Shown here: positions 1 through 9,673 of the stretch, piece by piece
How the letters are laid out: each line of letters opens with the position of its first letter
How positions within the stretch are numbered: position 1 is the first letter of the stretch
Assembly (NCBI GenBank): GCA_905215065.1
Contig: CAJMOF010000005.1
Span: 23,589 to 87,588, forward strand
DNA length: 64,000 nucleotides
Direction of reading: 5' to 3'
Source of the DNA: an uncultured bacterium
GTDB lineage: Bacteria; Actinomycetota; Coriobacteriia; Coriobacteriales; Coriobacteriaceae
Notes under the pieces: model-generated
Told to the model about the DNA's origin: nothing
What the model saw: the letters and a program-made list of their open reading frames with translations, nothing else
Databases searched by the model: none
Made by a program: the position numbers and the translations under genes

Positions 1-1
1 C

Positions 2-58
2 AACGACATGGGAATGGACGTCATCGCCCTTCAGGACCTGCCGCAGCACACGGTGTAG
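2..58 (+). CDS. 3' end of an unidentified upstream CDS (partial)
   Basis: Frame 2 is open from the window edge (..NDMGMDVIALQDLPQHTV) and stops at TAG 56-58. Too short to identify. Confidence 0.25.
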   Translation, partial: NDMGMDVIALQDLPQHTV

Positions 59-189
59 TGTGACCTGTCCGGCCGGGGCGGAGGGGGCCGAGTTCCCCCT
101 TCGCTCCGGCTGCAAGCAGAGTCGCTCAGTGGGAAGCTCGGCCCCCTCCGCCCCGGCCTTCGGTGACTTGGGTGCACCGTGTGCTGCCG
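41..189. repeat. Long imperfect palindrome (hairpin) downstream of the partial CDS
   Basis: CCGCAGCACACGGTG (41-55) pairs with CACCGTGTGCTGCCG (175-189). GGCCGGGGCGGAGGGGGCCGAG (71-92) pairs with CTCGGCCCCCTCCGCCCCGGCC (137-158). Confidence 0.6.
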
Positions 190-227
190 AAGGGGCTTTG
201 TGCGATGACTAAGGCTAAATAGAAAAT

Positions 228-275
228 GAGAGTGGGCCCTGCCGTTCGTTCGAGCGGCAGGGCCCACTCTTTGTA
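228..275. terminator. GC-rich stem-loop, terminator-like
   Basis: GAGAGTGGGCCCTGCCG (228-244) and CGGCAGGGCCCACTCT (255-270) form a 16-bp stem. It is preceded by AAAAT and followed by TTGTAT. Confidence 0.45.
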
Positions 276-308
276 TGGAGGCCTTTTTGCTGTTAGTCGA
301 GGACGCCT

Positions 309-512
309 CTGGACAGTTAGTTCAAATTCGTATTTATTAGAGAGTAGGAGAAGATCGATTTGGACTCATTCGGCCTACTTTTGGCAATCTGAATCGATCA
401 AGATGCTCAGCCAAGCCGGGAACGGCCCAATACTGGGTCCGCGTCGGCTTCCAAGCGGCAATTTCGTGCCCAAGGCCACGGCCAAATTATACGTATCTGA
501 ACTAACCGCCCA
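309..512. mobile_element. MITE-like element, family 1, copy A (right end degenerate)
   Basis: Left end is CTGGACAGTTAGTTCAAATTCGTAT. Right end is TTATACGTATCTGAACTAACCGCC. Same terminal inverted repeats as the copies at 24862, 26390 and 56770. Confidence 0.7.
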
Positions 513-969
513 TCACTCTCCGTCAACCTTTTTATCCAAACCAAATCAGTCAACGTACGTCATGGCAATATCCGGTAGGTCGCAGGGTGGCGGCTGAGCC
601 TTTCTCTCGGGAAACTTCGCGAAGCCCAGCTCCCGAGGGAGAGGTACGGTCTGTGTAATACCAGATAAACAGTACATTTTTGCTTAATTGGTATTTGACT
701 GAAGAACCAATTGGTATGGCTTATTTAGCCCACCCTGCCATTGACGCTCATTTTAATACCACTGGGAGAATTCCGAACTTGGTTGCGCAACTGCTCCCGT
801 ATGCTGATTCGACCTAATAGGTGGATATCTGGTTACTACCAGTTGACCCCTTGGTAACGGGTGGGCCCACTGCACGGAATGTACCGAACACCCCCCCGTT
901 TGATGCGTTCGCCCATGCTGCAGGGCGTGCGTCCGCGACGCTTCCGCATGTCGGAGGAAAGGAGTCCAG

Positions 970-3900
970 GTGTGTAGGAATTCCATTTTTACGAAACGGT
1001 GGGTGAAGGGAAGCGCGGTCCTCGTTGCCACTGCAGCGACGCTCGTGTTTGCCAATCCCCAGCAGGCGATTGCCACGCCACTCAAGGGCGTCGACTCGGC
1101 GACCGTGTCCCAGTCTGCCTCGAATGTCGTCGACATCGATTTCGCTGACGGCATCAAGGGCCGTATTACGTTCCTCGAGGACGGTATTTTCCGTTATAAC
1201 GTCGACCCCAAGGGTGAGTTTTCCGAGTACGCCACGCCGCGCAGTAAGTCCCACACGGCTAAGATCCAGGCTCAGCCCGATACCTCGGACACCTACAGCA
1301 AGCCGAGTGCGACGGTTGCCGACAAGGGCGACACTATCGAGATCACCGGCGGAAAGGCGACCGTGATCCTGGACAAGGCGACTGGCAAGATGAGTATCAA
1401 GTCAGGCGACCGTGTCGTGGTTTCCGAGTCCGCGTCCCTCGACCTTGATAAGAAGGGTACCGTCCAGACGCTCGCCAAGGAGAAGTCCGAGAACTTCTTT
1501 GGCGGCGGCACCCAGAACGGACGCTTCCTGCACACCAACCAGACCATCGCCATCTCCAACACGAACAACTGGACCGATGGCGGCGTTGCCTCGCCCAACC
1601 CGTTTTATTGGACGAGTGACGGCTACGGCGTGCTCCGAAACACGTTTGCAGAGGGTTCCTACGACTTCGGTTCCACGGACTCATCGACGGTCACGACTTT
1701 GCACAGCGAGAATGAGTTTGATGCCTACTACTTCGTGGCGACCAACGAGGGAGCTTCGAACGTGGCAACTGAGATGCTGCAGGACTACTACAAGGTGACC
1801 GGTAACCCGGTACTGCTGCCCGAGTACGGGTTCTACCTTGGTCATCTTAATGCCTATAACCGTGATGGCTGGTCAACGACCTCGGGTCAAAAGAAGTGGG
1901 AGACCAAGGGCAGCAAGTCCTCGAGCGAGAAGGGCGACGTTAAGTACGAGTCTGGCATGTCGACGGGCTACAAGCTCGACGGCACACTTGCGGCCGAGAC
2001 GCTCAACGGTGAGGGCCCTACGGTTGATACCGAGAACATGAAAGCGACCGATTTCGACCGCCAGTTCTCTGCTCGGCAGGTTATCGATGACTACGAGGAC
2101 AGCGACATGCCGCTCGGCTGGTTCCTGCCGAACGACGGCTACGGCGCCGGCTATGGCCAGAACGGTTACTACAAGACCGGCGGCGTCAACTCCGACGGAG
2201 CGAGCTCGGCCGACCGTCTTAACGCTGTGCGTGCCAACGTCGACAACCTTAAGAAGTTCACCGAGTATGCCAACTCAAAGGGTGTGAGCACGGGCTTGTG
2301 GACCCAGTCCAACCTTGAGCCCGACAGCAACCCTGAGACCCCGTGGCATCTGCTTCGCGACTTCGACGCCGAGGTCAAGACGGGAGGCATCACTACCCTT
2401 AAGACCGACGTTGCCTGGGTTGGATCTGGCTACTCCTTTGGTCTTAATGGCATCAAGACAGCTTATGACACGGTGACGACCGGCGCTAACAAGCGCCCCA
2501 ACATCATCACGCTCGATGGTTGGGCCGGCACGCAGCGCTTTGGTGGCATTTGGACCGGCGACCAGTATGGCGGTAACTGGGAGTACATTCGCTTCCATAT
2601 CCCCACGTATATCGGTCAGAGTCTTTCGGGCAACCCCAACATCGGCTCCGACATGGATGGCATTTTTGGCGGCGACCCCATCATCTCTGCGCGTGACTAC
2701 CAGTGGAAGACGTTCACGCCCTCTATGCTCGACATGGACGGTTGGGGCACCTACCGTAAATCGCCCATGACGCACGGCGATCCCTACACAGGCATCTCGC
2801 GCTTCTACCTCAAGCTCAAGGCGCAGCTCATGCCCTATATCTACACGAGCGCGGCCTCGGCGGCCAACATCGACACGGGTAACGGCGATGCCGGCCTGCC
2901 CATGATCCGCGCCATGCTGCTTTCCGATAACTCCGAGTACGCCGCAAGCACCTCGACGCAGTACCAGTATATGTTCGGTGAGAACTTCCTAGTGGCACCG
3001 GTGTATCAGGATACCCAGGCAGACGAGAACGGCAACGACATTCGCAATGGGATTTACCTCCCCAACTACGGCACCGACGAGAATCCCACCATCTGGATCG
3101 ATTACTTCTCGGGTAAGCAGTATCGCGGCGGCCAGGTTCTCAACAACTACGAGGCTCCGCTTTGGAAGCTGCCGCTGTTTGTGAAGGCCAACGCTATCGT
3201 GCCGATGTACGCCGAGAACAACAACCCCGAGGCCGTGAGCGACACCAACACCAAGGGTACCGACCGCAGCCAGCGTATCGTCGAGTTCTTCGCCACCGAG
3301 GGCGACGGCACCTTTACGCAGTACGAGGACGACGGCTCCTCCATCGAGAACAACACGACTGAGGACGATTCCTACGGTACGATCGACAATATCTCCTACG
3401 GTGAGCATGTGAGCACCGTCTACAGATCCAAGGCCGCAGGCGGCACCGCGACCTTTACCGCCGAAGCCTCGCAGGGTGGCTACAACGGCTACGACTCCAA
3501 TCGCACCACGACCTTCGTGGCCAACGTGTCCGCCAAGCCCATGAGCGTCGTCGCCAAGAACGGCGGATCCGCGCTCAACGTGGTTGAGGTCGACTCGCAG
3601 GAGACCTTTGACACCGCGACCCCCGAGGCCGGCCAGGCGGTCTACTTCTACAGCGAGACCCCTAACCTCAACCACTACGGCAGCGATGTGGACGGCACCG
3701 AGGCCGAGCGGGGCGAGAGCTTTAACAACACCAAGATCACCACGAACCCCAAGGTCTACGTCAAGTTCGCGAAGACCGATGTTGCTGCGGCGGCGCAGAC
3801 GCTCGAGCTGGGCGGTTTCGTGAACGCCGACGCCACGCTCACAGCCGATCGCCTCAACGAGAGCCTCTCCGCACCCACGAACCTTGCTGCCCCCGAGGAC

Positions 3901-6900
3901 GTCACGACCCCAACGAGCATCAAGCTCACCTGGGGAAAGGTCGATGGTGCTACCTCCTACGACCTTAAGGTCGACGGCACCGTGTTCGCCGTGGGTGATG
4001 CGGCCGAGTTCACGCACACCGACCTCGCCTACAATAGCAAGCACACCTACCAGATTCGTTCGCGCAACGCCGAGGGCTACTCCGCCTGGAGCGATGTGCT
4101 CGAGGCGAACTCCGCACTCGATCCGTGGCGGAACGTCCCCGACGCCGAGCAAATCACCTGGGAGGGCTCACTTTACGGCAGCCATAAGGCCGAGCTCGCC
4201 TTCGACCATGAGTTCCAGTCGGGCGACGGCGGTTTCCACTCCGGTGGCAACGATCTGGGCAAGGCGCTTACCGTTGACTATGGACGCGCTTACAAGCTCG
4301 ATAAGCTCGAGTACTATCCGCGCGATGACGCCGGCAACGGCACTGTGACCAAGATGCGTGTTGAGACGAGTCTCGATGGCGTCCACTGGACGAGCCAGGA
4401 GGTCGATTGGGCACGTTCCGCTGATTGTAAGACGGTAGCGTTTGACGGCACCGTGGCCGCCCGTTACGTGCGCATGACACCGCTCGCCTCGGTCGGTAAT
4501 TTCTTCTCCGCGTCCGAGATTGCCATCTACAAGACCGACGGCACGGATGGCTTCGCCGTGGGCTCCAACCTCAACAAGGCCACGATCTCCGACGGAGACT
4601 ACTCCAACATGAAGAACTATCTGGGCCTCGAGAATCGCGAGCCCGATACCCCGACGTTCGGTTCGCAGATCCGCGACCACTTCGCCGACCTCAACGATAA
4701 CGGCGTTTACGACGTCTACGATTACTCGTTCACCATGGCGGGTCTTGACGGCGGCACTAAACAAAAGGGAAAGGTCGCAGGTTCGCTCGCGGTGATTCCG
4801 AGCAAGACCGAGGTCGAGGCCGGTGATGAGATCACCGTTGATGTCTATGCGGCCGACGCCAAGAACGTCAACGCCCTGGGCGCTCTCGTCAACTTCAAGA
4901 GCGACCAGTTCGAGTTTGTGTCCGAGAGCATCGCGCAGGACGGCTCGACTGCCGGCATGGAGAACCTGTCTCGCGAGAAGGTCCAGTTCGCGGACAGAAC
5001 GCAGACTATCAATCTCGCCTTTGCCAACCGCGGCGATGGCAAGCTCTACAACGGTACCGGCGCGGTGGCGAGTTTCAAGCTCAAGGCCAAGACCGCCGGC
5101 AAGGTCGAACTGCCCTCGACATCTTGGCTCATCGGTCCGGCATGCGACGCACTTGAGTTTGCGAGCGACGGCACGGTGACGATGCCGGATGTTCCTCAGC
5201 CAACGGTCGCCGAGTACGGTCAGGACGCCTTCAACATCACGATGACCAACGATGAGCTCACGACCGACGACGGGACCAACGTCGAGAAACTTATCCAGCA
5301 GAAGAGCTATAACGCGCTGTTCGATAATAACGAGGGCGACAACGGCTTTGAGTTCCTATGGAACTGGAGCGGCAACTGGGACAGCGAGGGTAAGCTTCCG
5401 AGTTACGTGAAGCTTCCCACCACGATGACATTCGCATTTAAGACGCCGTCGAAACTCGATAGTGTCGAGGTCGTTAACCGCAACGGTGGCAACGGAACCG
5501 TGCAGAAGATCAAGGCTGTCGTGACGTTCGAGGATGGCTCGACCCAAGAGTTCGCGGGCGGGGAGTACGATTCCTTCCTGGCTCGCTACGCCTTTGACCT
5601 CTCTGCCGAGAACAAGGGCAAGAAGGCGACCAAGGTCGAGGTCACGCCGCTTGAGGCATCGGGTGACCAGATGCTCACACTGCGTGAGGTCAACTTCAAC
5701 TACACGCAGGGTGTCGAGGCCATCGAGGGTGTCGAGCTAGGCAAGAACCAGACCGAGTTCTTTGAAGGCGACATTACGCCCGTCGACGCCAAGGCTACGC
5801 CTGAGAGCGCTGGCTACCCCTATGTGACGGTCGAGAGCTCCGACCCCTCTGTGGTAAGCGTCTCCGCTGTTCAGGCTGGCGATAGCGTGAGCTACTACCT
5901 GCGTGCCAACAAGGCCGGCAAGGCAAAGATCACGGTGGCGTCGGTACTCGACCCCTCCAAGACCGCATCCTATGAGGTCGAGGTCAAGGCTGGTGTCGAT
6001 ACCTCTGCGCTCGTAGCAGCGCTTTCCAAGGCCGCGGGCTACAGCGAGTCCGTCTACACCAAGGATTCCTATGCAGCTCTCACCACTGCGGTCGAGGCGG
6101 CTCAGAAGCTCCTCGACAGCGGCCAGGGCAGCTATAGCAAGAAGGATGTCGCAGACGCCACAGCCAAGATCGAGAAGGCAATCGACGGCCTCAAGATGCG
6201 CCCTGTTGATGAGAAGATTCTCATCAACACGCCCGAGAACCGCAAGAACGTCAAGGTGGCCGGCTTCTCGAGTGAGGCCGACTACGAGGGCAGCAACGCC
6301 GTCAACGCTCTCGACGGCGACGAGCGGACGCTTTGGCACAGCGACTGGGCCCATGGGACCGGTATGCCCCAGTATCTGAGTGTCGACCTGGGCCGCGACT
6401 ACGATCTCACCGACGTTACATTCCTGCCGCGCCAGGACGGCGGCACTAACGGCGATATCTTCGAGGCCGAGATACTGGTCTCCGACACTGCCGACGGTTA
6501 TGAGATGGGCACCGCCGCGTCGATGGGTACGTTCGCCTTCGACAACGACGGCCGCGTGCTCACCGACCGTGGCGACTGGAAGCAGATGAGCTTTGGCGCC
6601 GCGCGCGGTCGCTACGTGACCGTCAAGGTGATTCACGCCGGCGGTGGCGACGTTGATGCCTACTGCAGCATGGCGGAGCTCAAGTTCTACGGTACGGCCG
6701 TCCCCGATCCGGTGGCGAAGGATGATCTCGCTACCGCGATCGAAAAGGTTGATGCCGAGGTTGCTGCCGGCGACCTCAAGGCCGGTGACTACACCGAGGC
6801 CTCCTGGACGGCGCTCGAGAACGCCCTGGCGAGCGCCCGCGCCATCTTGAGCGATGAGGACGCCACGCAGGACGAGGTCGACCAGGCGCTCAGGGCGCTC

Positions 6901-7383
6901 GAGAGCGCCCGCGGCGCGCTCGAGAAGACCCCGGTGGTCCCGGTCGAGAATCCGACTAAGAAGCAGCTCAAGGCCCTGGTCAAGCAGGCGAAGGAGACTG
7001 ACACCAGGGGCAAGACGGACGAGTCTGTCAAGGCCCTGACGGATGCCATTACCTACGCCGAGGACATCTTGGGTGATGAGAATGCTTCCGACACCCAGCT
7101 CCAGGCGGCCTATGACCAGCTCAAGCTGGCCATTGAGAGCCTCAGGGATGCCGACTCCGGCAACCAGGGCGGCTCGGGCAACCAGGGTTCCGGCAATGGC
7201 TCGAACGGCGGCAACCAGGCGGGCAAGCCCGCAGGCGACAAGGCCCAGGGCAGCAAGAAGAACGGTTCGGCGATCCCCAATACCGGCGACCAGACGGCGG
7301 CGACCGTCGTGACCGTCGGTGGTCTCGGCGCCATCATCGCCGCGATCGGCGCTTTCTTCCATCGTCGCAGCAAGGCCAAGTAG
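970..7383 (+). CDS. Cell-wall-anchored multidomain glycoside hydrolase, GH31 family core (specificity unresolved)
   Basis: Signal peptide (KGSAVLVATAATLVFANPQQAIA). GH31-type motifs (FGGGTQNGRF, SPNPFYWTSDGYGV, KTDVAWVG, GIWTGDQ). Fn3-like module (TSIKLTWGKVDGATSY) and two F5/8-type-C/CBM32-like modules (ALDGDERTLWHSDW..YLSVDLG). Cohesin-like and Big_2-like modules and FIVAR-like helices. C-terminal sorting signal IPNTGD, then a hydrophobic span, then HRRSKAK. Confidence 0.8.
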   Translation: MCRNSIFTKRWVKGSAVLVATAATLVFANPQQAIATPLKGVDSATVSQSASNVVDIDFADGIKGRITFLEDGIFRYNVDPKGEFSEYATPRSKSHTAKIQAQPDTSDTYSKPSATVADKGDTIEITGGKATVILDKATGKMSIKSGDRVVVSESASLDLDKKGTVQTLAKEKSENFFGGGTQNGRFLHTNQTIAISNTNNWTDGGVASPNPFYWTSDGYGVLRNTFAEGSYDFGSTDSSTVTTLHSENEFDAYYFVATNEGASNVATEMLQDYYKVTGNPVLLPEYGFYLGHLNAYNRDGWSTTSGQKKWETKGSKSSSEKGDVKYESGMSTGYKLDGTLAAETLNGEGPTVDTENMKATDFDRQFSARQVIDDYEDSDMPLGWFLPNDGYGAGYGQNGYYKTGGVNSDGASSADRLNAVRANVDNLKKFTEYANSKGVSTGLWTQSNLEPDSNPETPWHLLRDFDAEVKTGGITTLKTDVAWVGSGYSFGLNGIKTAYDTVTTGANKRPNIITLDGWAGTQRFGGIWTGDQYGGNWEYIRFHIPTYIGQSLSGNPNIGSDMDGIFGGDPIISARDYQWKTFTPSMLDMDGWGTYRKSPMTHGDPYTGISRFYLKLKAQLMPYIYTSAASAANIDTGNGDAGLPMIRAMLLSDNSEYAASTSTQYQYMFGENFLVAPVYQDTQADENGNDIRNGIYLPNYGTDENPTIWIDYFSGKQYRGGQVLNNYEAPLWKLPLFVKANAIVPMYAENNNPEAVSDTNTKGTDRSQRIVEFFATEGDGTFTQYEDDGSSIENNTTEDDSYGTIDNISYGEHVSTVYRSKAAGGTATFTAEASQGGYNGYDSNRTTTFVANVSAKPMSVVAKNGGSALNVVEVDSQETFDTATPEAGQAVYFYSETPNLNHYGSDVDGTEAERGESFNNTKITTNPKVYVKFAKTDVAAAAQTLELGGFVNADATLTADRLNESLSAPTNLAAPEDVTTPTSIKLTWGKVDGATSYDLKVDGTVFAVGDAAEFTHTDLAYNSKHTYQIRSRNAEGYSAWSDVLEANSALDPWRNVPDAEQITWEGSLYGSHKAELAFDHEFQSGDGGFHSGGNDLGKALTVDYGRAYKLDKLEYYPRDDAGNGTVTKMRVETSLDGVHWTSQEVDWARSADCKTVAFDGTVAARYVRMTPLASVGNFFSASEIAIYKTDGTDGFAVGSNLNKATISDGDYSNMKNYLGLENREPDTPTFGSQIRDHFADLNDNGVYDVYDYSFTMAGLDGGTKQKGKVAGSLAVIPSKTEVEAGDEITVDVYAADAKNVNALGALVNFKSDQFEFVSESIAQDGSTAGMENLSREKVQFADRTQTINLAFANRGDGKLYNGTGAVASFKLKAKTAGKVELPSTSWLIGPACDALEFASDGTVTMPDVPQPTVAEYGQDAFNITMTNDELTTDDGTNVEKLIQQKSYNALFDNNEGDNGFEFLWNWSGNWDSEGKLPSYVKLPTTMTFAFKTPSKLDSVEVVNRNGGNGTVQKIKAVVTFEDGSTQEFAGGEYDSFLARYAFDLSAENKGKKATKVEVTPLEASGDQMLTLREVNFNYTQGVEAIEGVELGKNQTEFFEGDITPVDAKATPESAGYPYVTVESSDPSVVSVSAVQAGDSVSYYLRANKAGKAKITVASVLDPSKTASYEVEVKAGVDTSALVAALSKAAGYSESVYTKDSYAALTTAVEAAQKLLDSGQGSYSKKDVADATAKIEKAIDGLKMRPVDEKILINTPENRKNVKVAGFSSEADYEGSNAVNALDGDERTLWHSDWAHGTGMPQYLSVDLGRDYDLTDVTFLPRQDGGTNGDIFEAEILVSDTADGYEMGTAASMGTFAFDNDGRVLTDRGDWKQMSFGAARGRYVTVKVIHAGGGDVDAYCSMAELKFYGTAVPDPVAKDDLATAIEKVDAEVAAGDLKAGDYTEASWTALENALASARAILSDEDATQDEVDQALRALESARGALEKTPVVPVENPTKKQLKALVKQAKETDTRGKTDESVKALTDAITYAEDILGDENASDTQLQAAYDQLKLAIESLRDADSGNQGGSGNQGSGNGSNGGNQAGKPAGDKAQGSKKNGSAIPNTGDQTAATVVTVGGLGAIIAAIGAFFHRRSKAK

Positions 7384-7403
7384 CCCCAGCAACAGCTAAG
7401 CAA

Positions 7404-7446
7404 GCGTGCCCGCCGTCCCACCCAAGGACGGTGGGCATGCTTTTTG
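7404..7446 (+). terminator. Rho-independent terminator of the GH31 gene
   Basis: GCCCGCCGTCC .. GGACGGTGGGC stem followed by TTTTT at 7441-7445. Confidence 0.7.
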
Positions 7447-7600
7447 AATGTAGGCGGAAAGCTCCGACCCTTCGGCCTTAATCTCGCAAAGCATTCCGTC
7501 TCTCACCGAACACATCGGCATCGGTGGCTATACTTGAATTATTTGCAGTTAAGGGTCGCGGATTCGCTGCGTCACCGCTCTCAACAGGAGGTCTATGTTT

Positions 7601-8065
7601 ATGGCAGATCAGAAGCCGGTTGTCGGGATCATCATGGGTTCCAAGTCCGATCTGGGCGTTATGGAAGGCTGCACCGCCGAGCTCGAGGCACTGGGTGTGC
7701 CCTATGAGCTCGTCATTGCGAGCGCGCACCGCACGCCGGCGAAGGTCCACGACTGGGCTTCGACTGCCGCCGATCGCGGTATCAAAGTGATTATCGCCGC
7801 CGCCGGCAAGGCCGCTCACTTGGGTGGTGTCGTGGCTGCCTTTACGCCGCTGCCGGTTATCGGCGTGCCTATGAAGACGAGTGACCTGGGCGGTATGGAT
7901 TCGCTGCTGTCGATGGTGCAGATGCCTTCGGGCGTGCCCGTGGCCTGCGTTGCCATCAACGGTGCCAAGAACGCCGCCATCTATGCCACACAGATTCTGG
8001 GTGCTTGCGACCCCGAGTACCGCAAGGTTATCGAGAAGATGAAGCAGGAGATGGCTGACGCCTAA
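7601..8065 (+). CDS. purE: N5-carboxyaminoimidazole ribonucleotide mutase (class I PurE)
   Basis: VVGIIMGSKSD, SAHRTP and AAAGKAAHLGGVVAA motifs. AGGAGG lies 9 nt upstream of ATG 7601. An alternative ATG is at 7595. Confidence 0.92.
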   Translation: MADQKPVVGIIMGSKSDLGVMEGCTAELEALGVPYELVIASAHRTPAKVHDWASTAADRGIKVIIAAAGKAAHLGGVVAAFTPLPVIGVPMKTSDLGGMDSLLSMVQMPSGVPVACVAINGAKNAAIYATQILGACDPEYRKVIEKMKQEMADA

Positions 8066-8100
8066 GCGTTCCGCCGTTTCACCGCAGTATAAGGAGAGCC

Positions 8101-9099
8101 ATGTCCGATTATCAGGGAAAACGATTCAAGGCTTCTCAGATTCCCGATCCGTCGAAGCCGGGTGCTGCCCGTGCGGCACAGCAGGGTCGGACATCCTCTC
8201 CTCAGCAGCCGCGCGCGCCGCGCCCCGTGACACCGGCGACGCATCGTCGACAGGACGCGCCGGCCGCATATCGTCCTTCGTCTTATAGCTCCGCTAAGAA
8301 GCCGCCCCGGTCTTCATCGCATGCCGCGCCGTCGGATCGCACCGAGCCGCCGCGCAAAAAGCGCCACTCCATTATTCCCATTCTGCTCATCATCATCGGT
8401 ATCGGTCTGATTGTCGCCGCCGCCGCTATTTTTATTAATGCCCAGATTGGCTATAAGCAGGCGAGCGATTCGTATCAGAAAATCGAGAAGCAATATGTAA
8501 GCGATAAGGACGCCAGCGGCGTGCCGATTATCGACTTTGATGCGCTTGCTCAGACGAACCCCGAGATTGTGGGTTGGATTTACGTGCCGGGAACCAACAT
8601 CAACTATCCCGTGGTGCAGACCAACAACAACTCCAAATACCTCAACACGCTGTTCGATGGCACGTCTAACGCCTCGGGTGCCATCTTCTTGGATAGCGAT
8701 GACACCGCGCCGGGAATGGTCGACCAGCAGACCACGATCTACGGCCACCATATGAACGATGGGTCGATGTTCAACGTGATTTCGGATACGACTGACCAGG
8801 CAACGTTCGATAGCATTGAATATGTGTACTACATCACGCGCGATGCGACGTATAAGTTGCGTCCGCTGGCGACCAAGGTGGTCGAGGACACGTATGCCAA
8901 GGCGCGCACGACCAATTTTGAGGGCGACGACGGACTCAAGAACTACCTGTCCGAGATGCTCGACGGCGCTTCTGCCGTGGCGAGTGATGCCACCGATCGT
9001 GCCGCTTCGGCAACTAAGGTTGTAACGCTTGTGACCTGTCGTTCGCTGTCGCTGAGCAACACACGCGCCGTCATGGTGCTCACGCCGGTCGAGGAATAA
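8101..9099 (+). CDS. Sortase, class B-like, with a long Pro/Ser/Arg-rich cytoplasmic N-terminus and one TM segment
   Basis: IVGWIYVPGTNINYPVVQ, TIYGHHM and the catalytic TLVTCRS context match the sortase B family. RBS AAGGAGAG lies upstream. Confidence 0.8.
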   Translation: MSDYQGKRFKASQIPDPSKPGAARAAQQGRTSSPQQPRAPRPVTPATHRRQDAPAAYRPSSYSSAKKPPRSSSHAAPSDRTEPPRKKRHSIIPILLIIIGIGLIVAAAAIFINAQIGYKQASDSYQKIEKQYVSDKDASGVPIIDFDALAQTNPEIVGWIYVPGTNINYPVVQTNNNSKYLNTLFDGTSNASGAIFLDSDDTAPGMVDQQTTIYGHHMNDGSMFNVISDTTDQATFDSIEYVYYITRDATYKLRPLATKVVEDTYAKARTTNFEGDDGLKNYLSEMLDGASAVASDATDRAASATKVVTLVTCRSLSLSNTRAVMVLTPVEE

Positions 9100-9163
9100 G
9101 TTGTTCGAGAGTAGCTAAAAAGGCCCCGTCCCAAATTGGCTACTCGACGACGGTAAGGGAGAA

Positions 9164-9583
9164 ATGATGCTCGAGAGTGGCAAATTGATGCCTTCGATTG
9201 ATGCTTGGCTGCGCGAGGCCAAGGCCGATGCTTCGGCGGCAGGCTGTGGGATGTATCTGACGCATAACGGTGTGGTGCGCGCGACGCCCAAGGCTGAGGT
9301 GCGCGGAGTCGAGGCCGATGGCGTGGCGCCTGGGCATAAGGTGGGCGGCATGGTGTTTGGCTTCGATGCTCAGAAGGTGCAGGCTGCTATCGAGGCGACG
9401 CGTGCGATGCCGGGTATCGGCTATGTGCGTGTGTGGCTGGCAAGCGGCGAGCTTGCCGTAGGTGACGACATCATGCTCGTGCTCATCGGCGGGGACATTC
9501 GCCCGCACGTGGTCGATGCGCTGCAGGCGCTCGTTGGCACCATTAAGAACGAATGCGTGAGTGAGGTCGAGCGCGAGGCGTAG
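9164..9583 (+). CDS. MoaE-like (molybdopterin synthase large subunit family) protein
   Basis: Overall pattern follows MoaE: G..LTHNGVVR, then V.V.LASGELAVGDDIMLVLIGGDIRPHV. About 139 aa. Confidence 0.5.
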   Translation: MMLESGKLMPSIDAWLREAKADASAAGCGMYLTHNGVVRATPKAEVRGVEADGVAPGHKVGGMVFGFDAQKVQAAIEATRAMPGIGYVRVWLASGELAVGDDIMLVLIGGDIRPHVVDALQALVGTIKNECVSEVEREA

Positions 9584-9611
9584 AGGCTTGCGTCGATAGA
9601 AGGATCGTTTA

Positions 9612-9660
9612 TAAAAATGCCCACCGGTACGTGTGATACCGGCGGGCATTTTGCGTTTTG
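9612..9660. terminator. Bidirectional terminator between convergent genes
   Basis: AAAAATGCCCACCGGTA .. TACCGGCGGGCATTTTGCGTTTT. Perfect 11-bp stem flanked by an A-run and a T-run. Confidence 0.7.
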
Positions 9661-9673
9661 GGCGCGGTGGGCG

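Noticed and set aside
226-597. 123-aa ORF at the window start.
   Set aside because: It runs through the terminator hairpin and the whole of MITE copy A. It has no RBS or motifs.
7446-7600. Possible purine or ZTP riboswitch in the purE leader (GGGTCGCGG resembles the start of the pfl motif).
   Set aside because: The other conserved ZTP elements (ACTGGCG, the CCGGGCGGA pseudoknot partner and the 3' CCGCCTGGGC) are absent. The guanine-riboswitch core (TATAA..GGGAGTTTCTACC..) is also absent.
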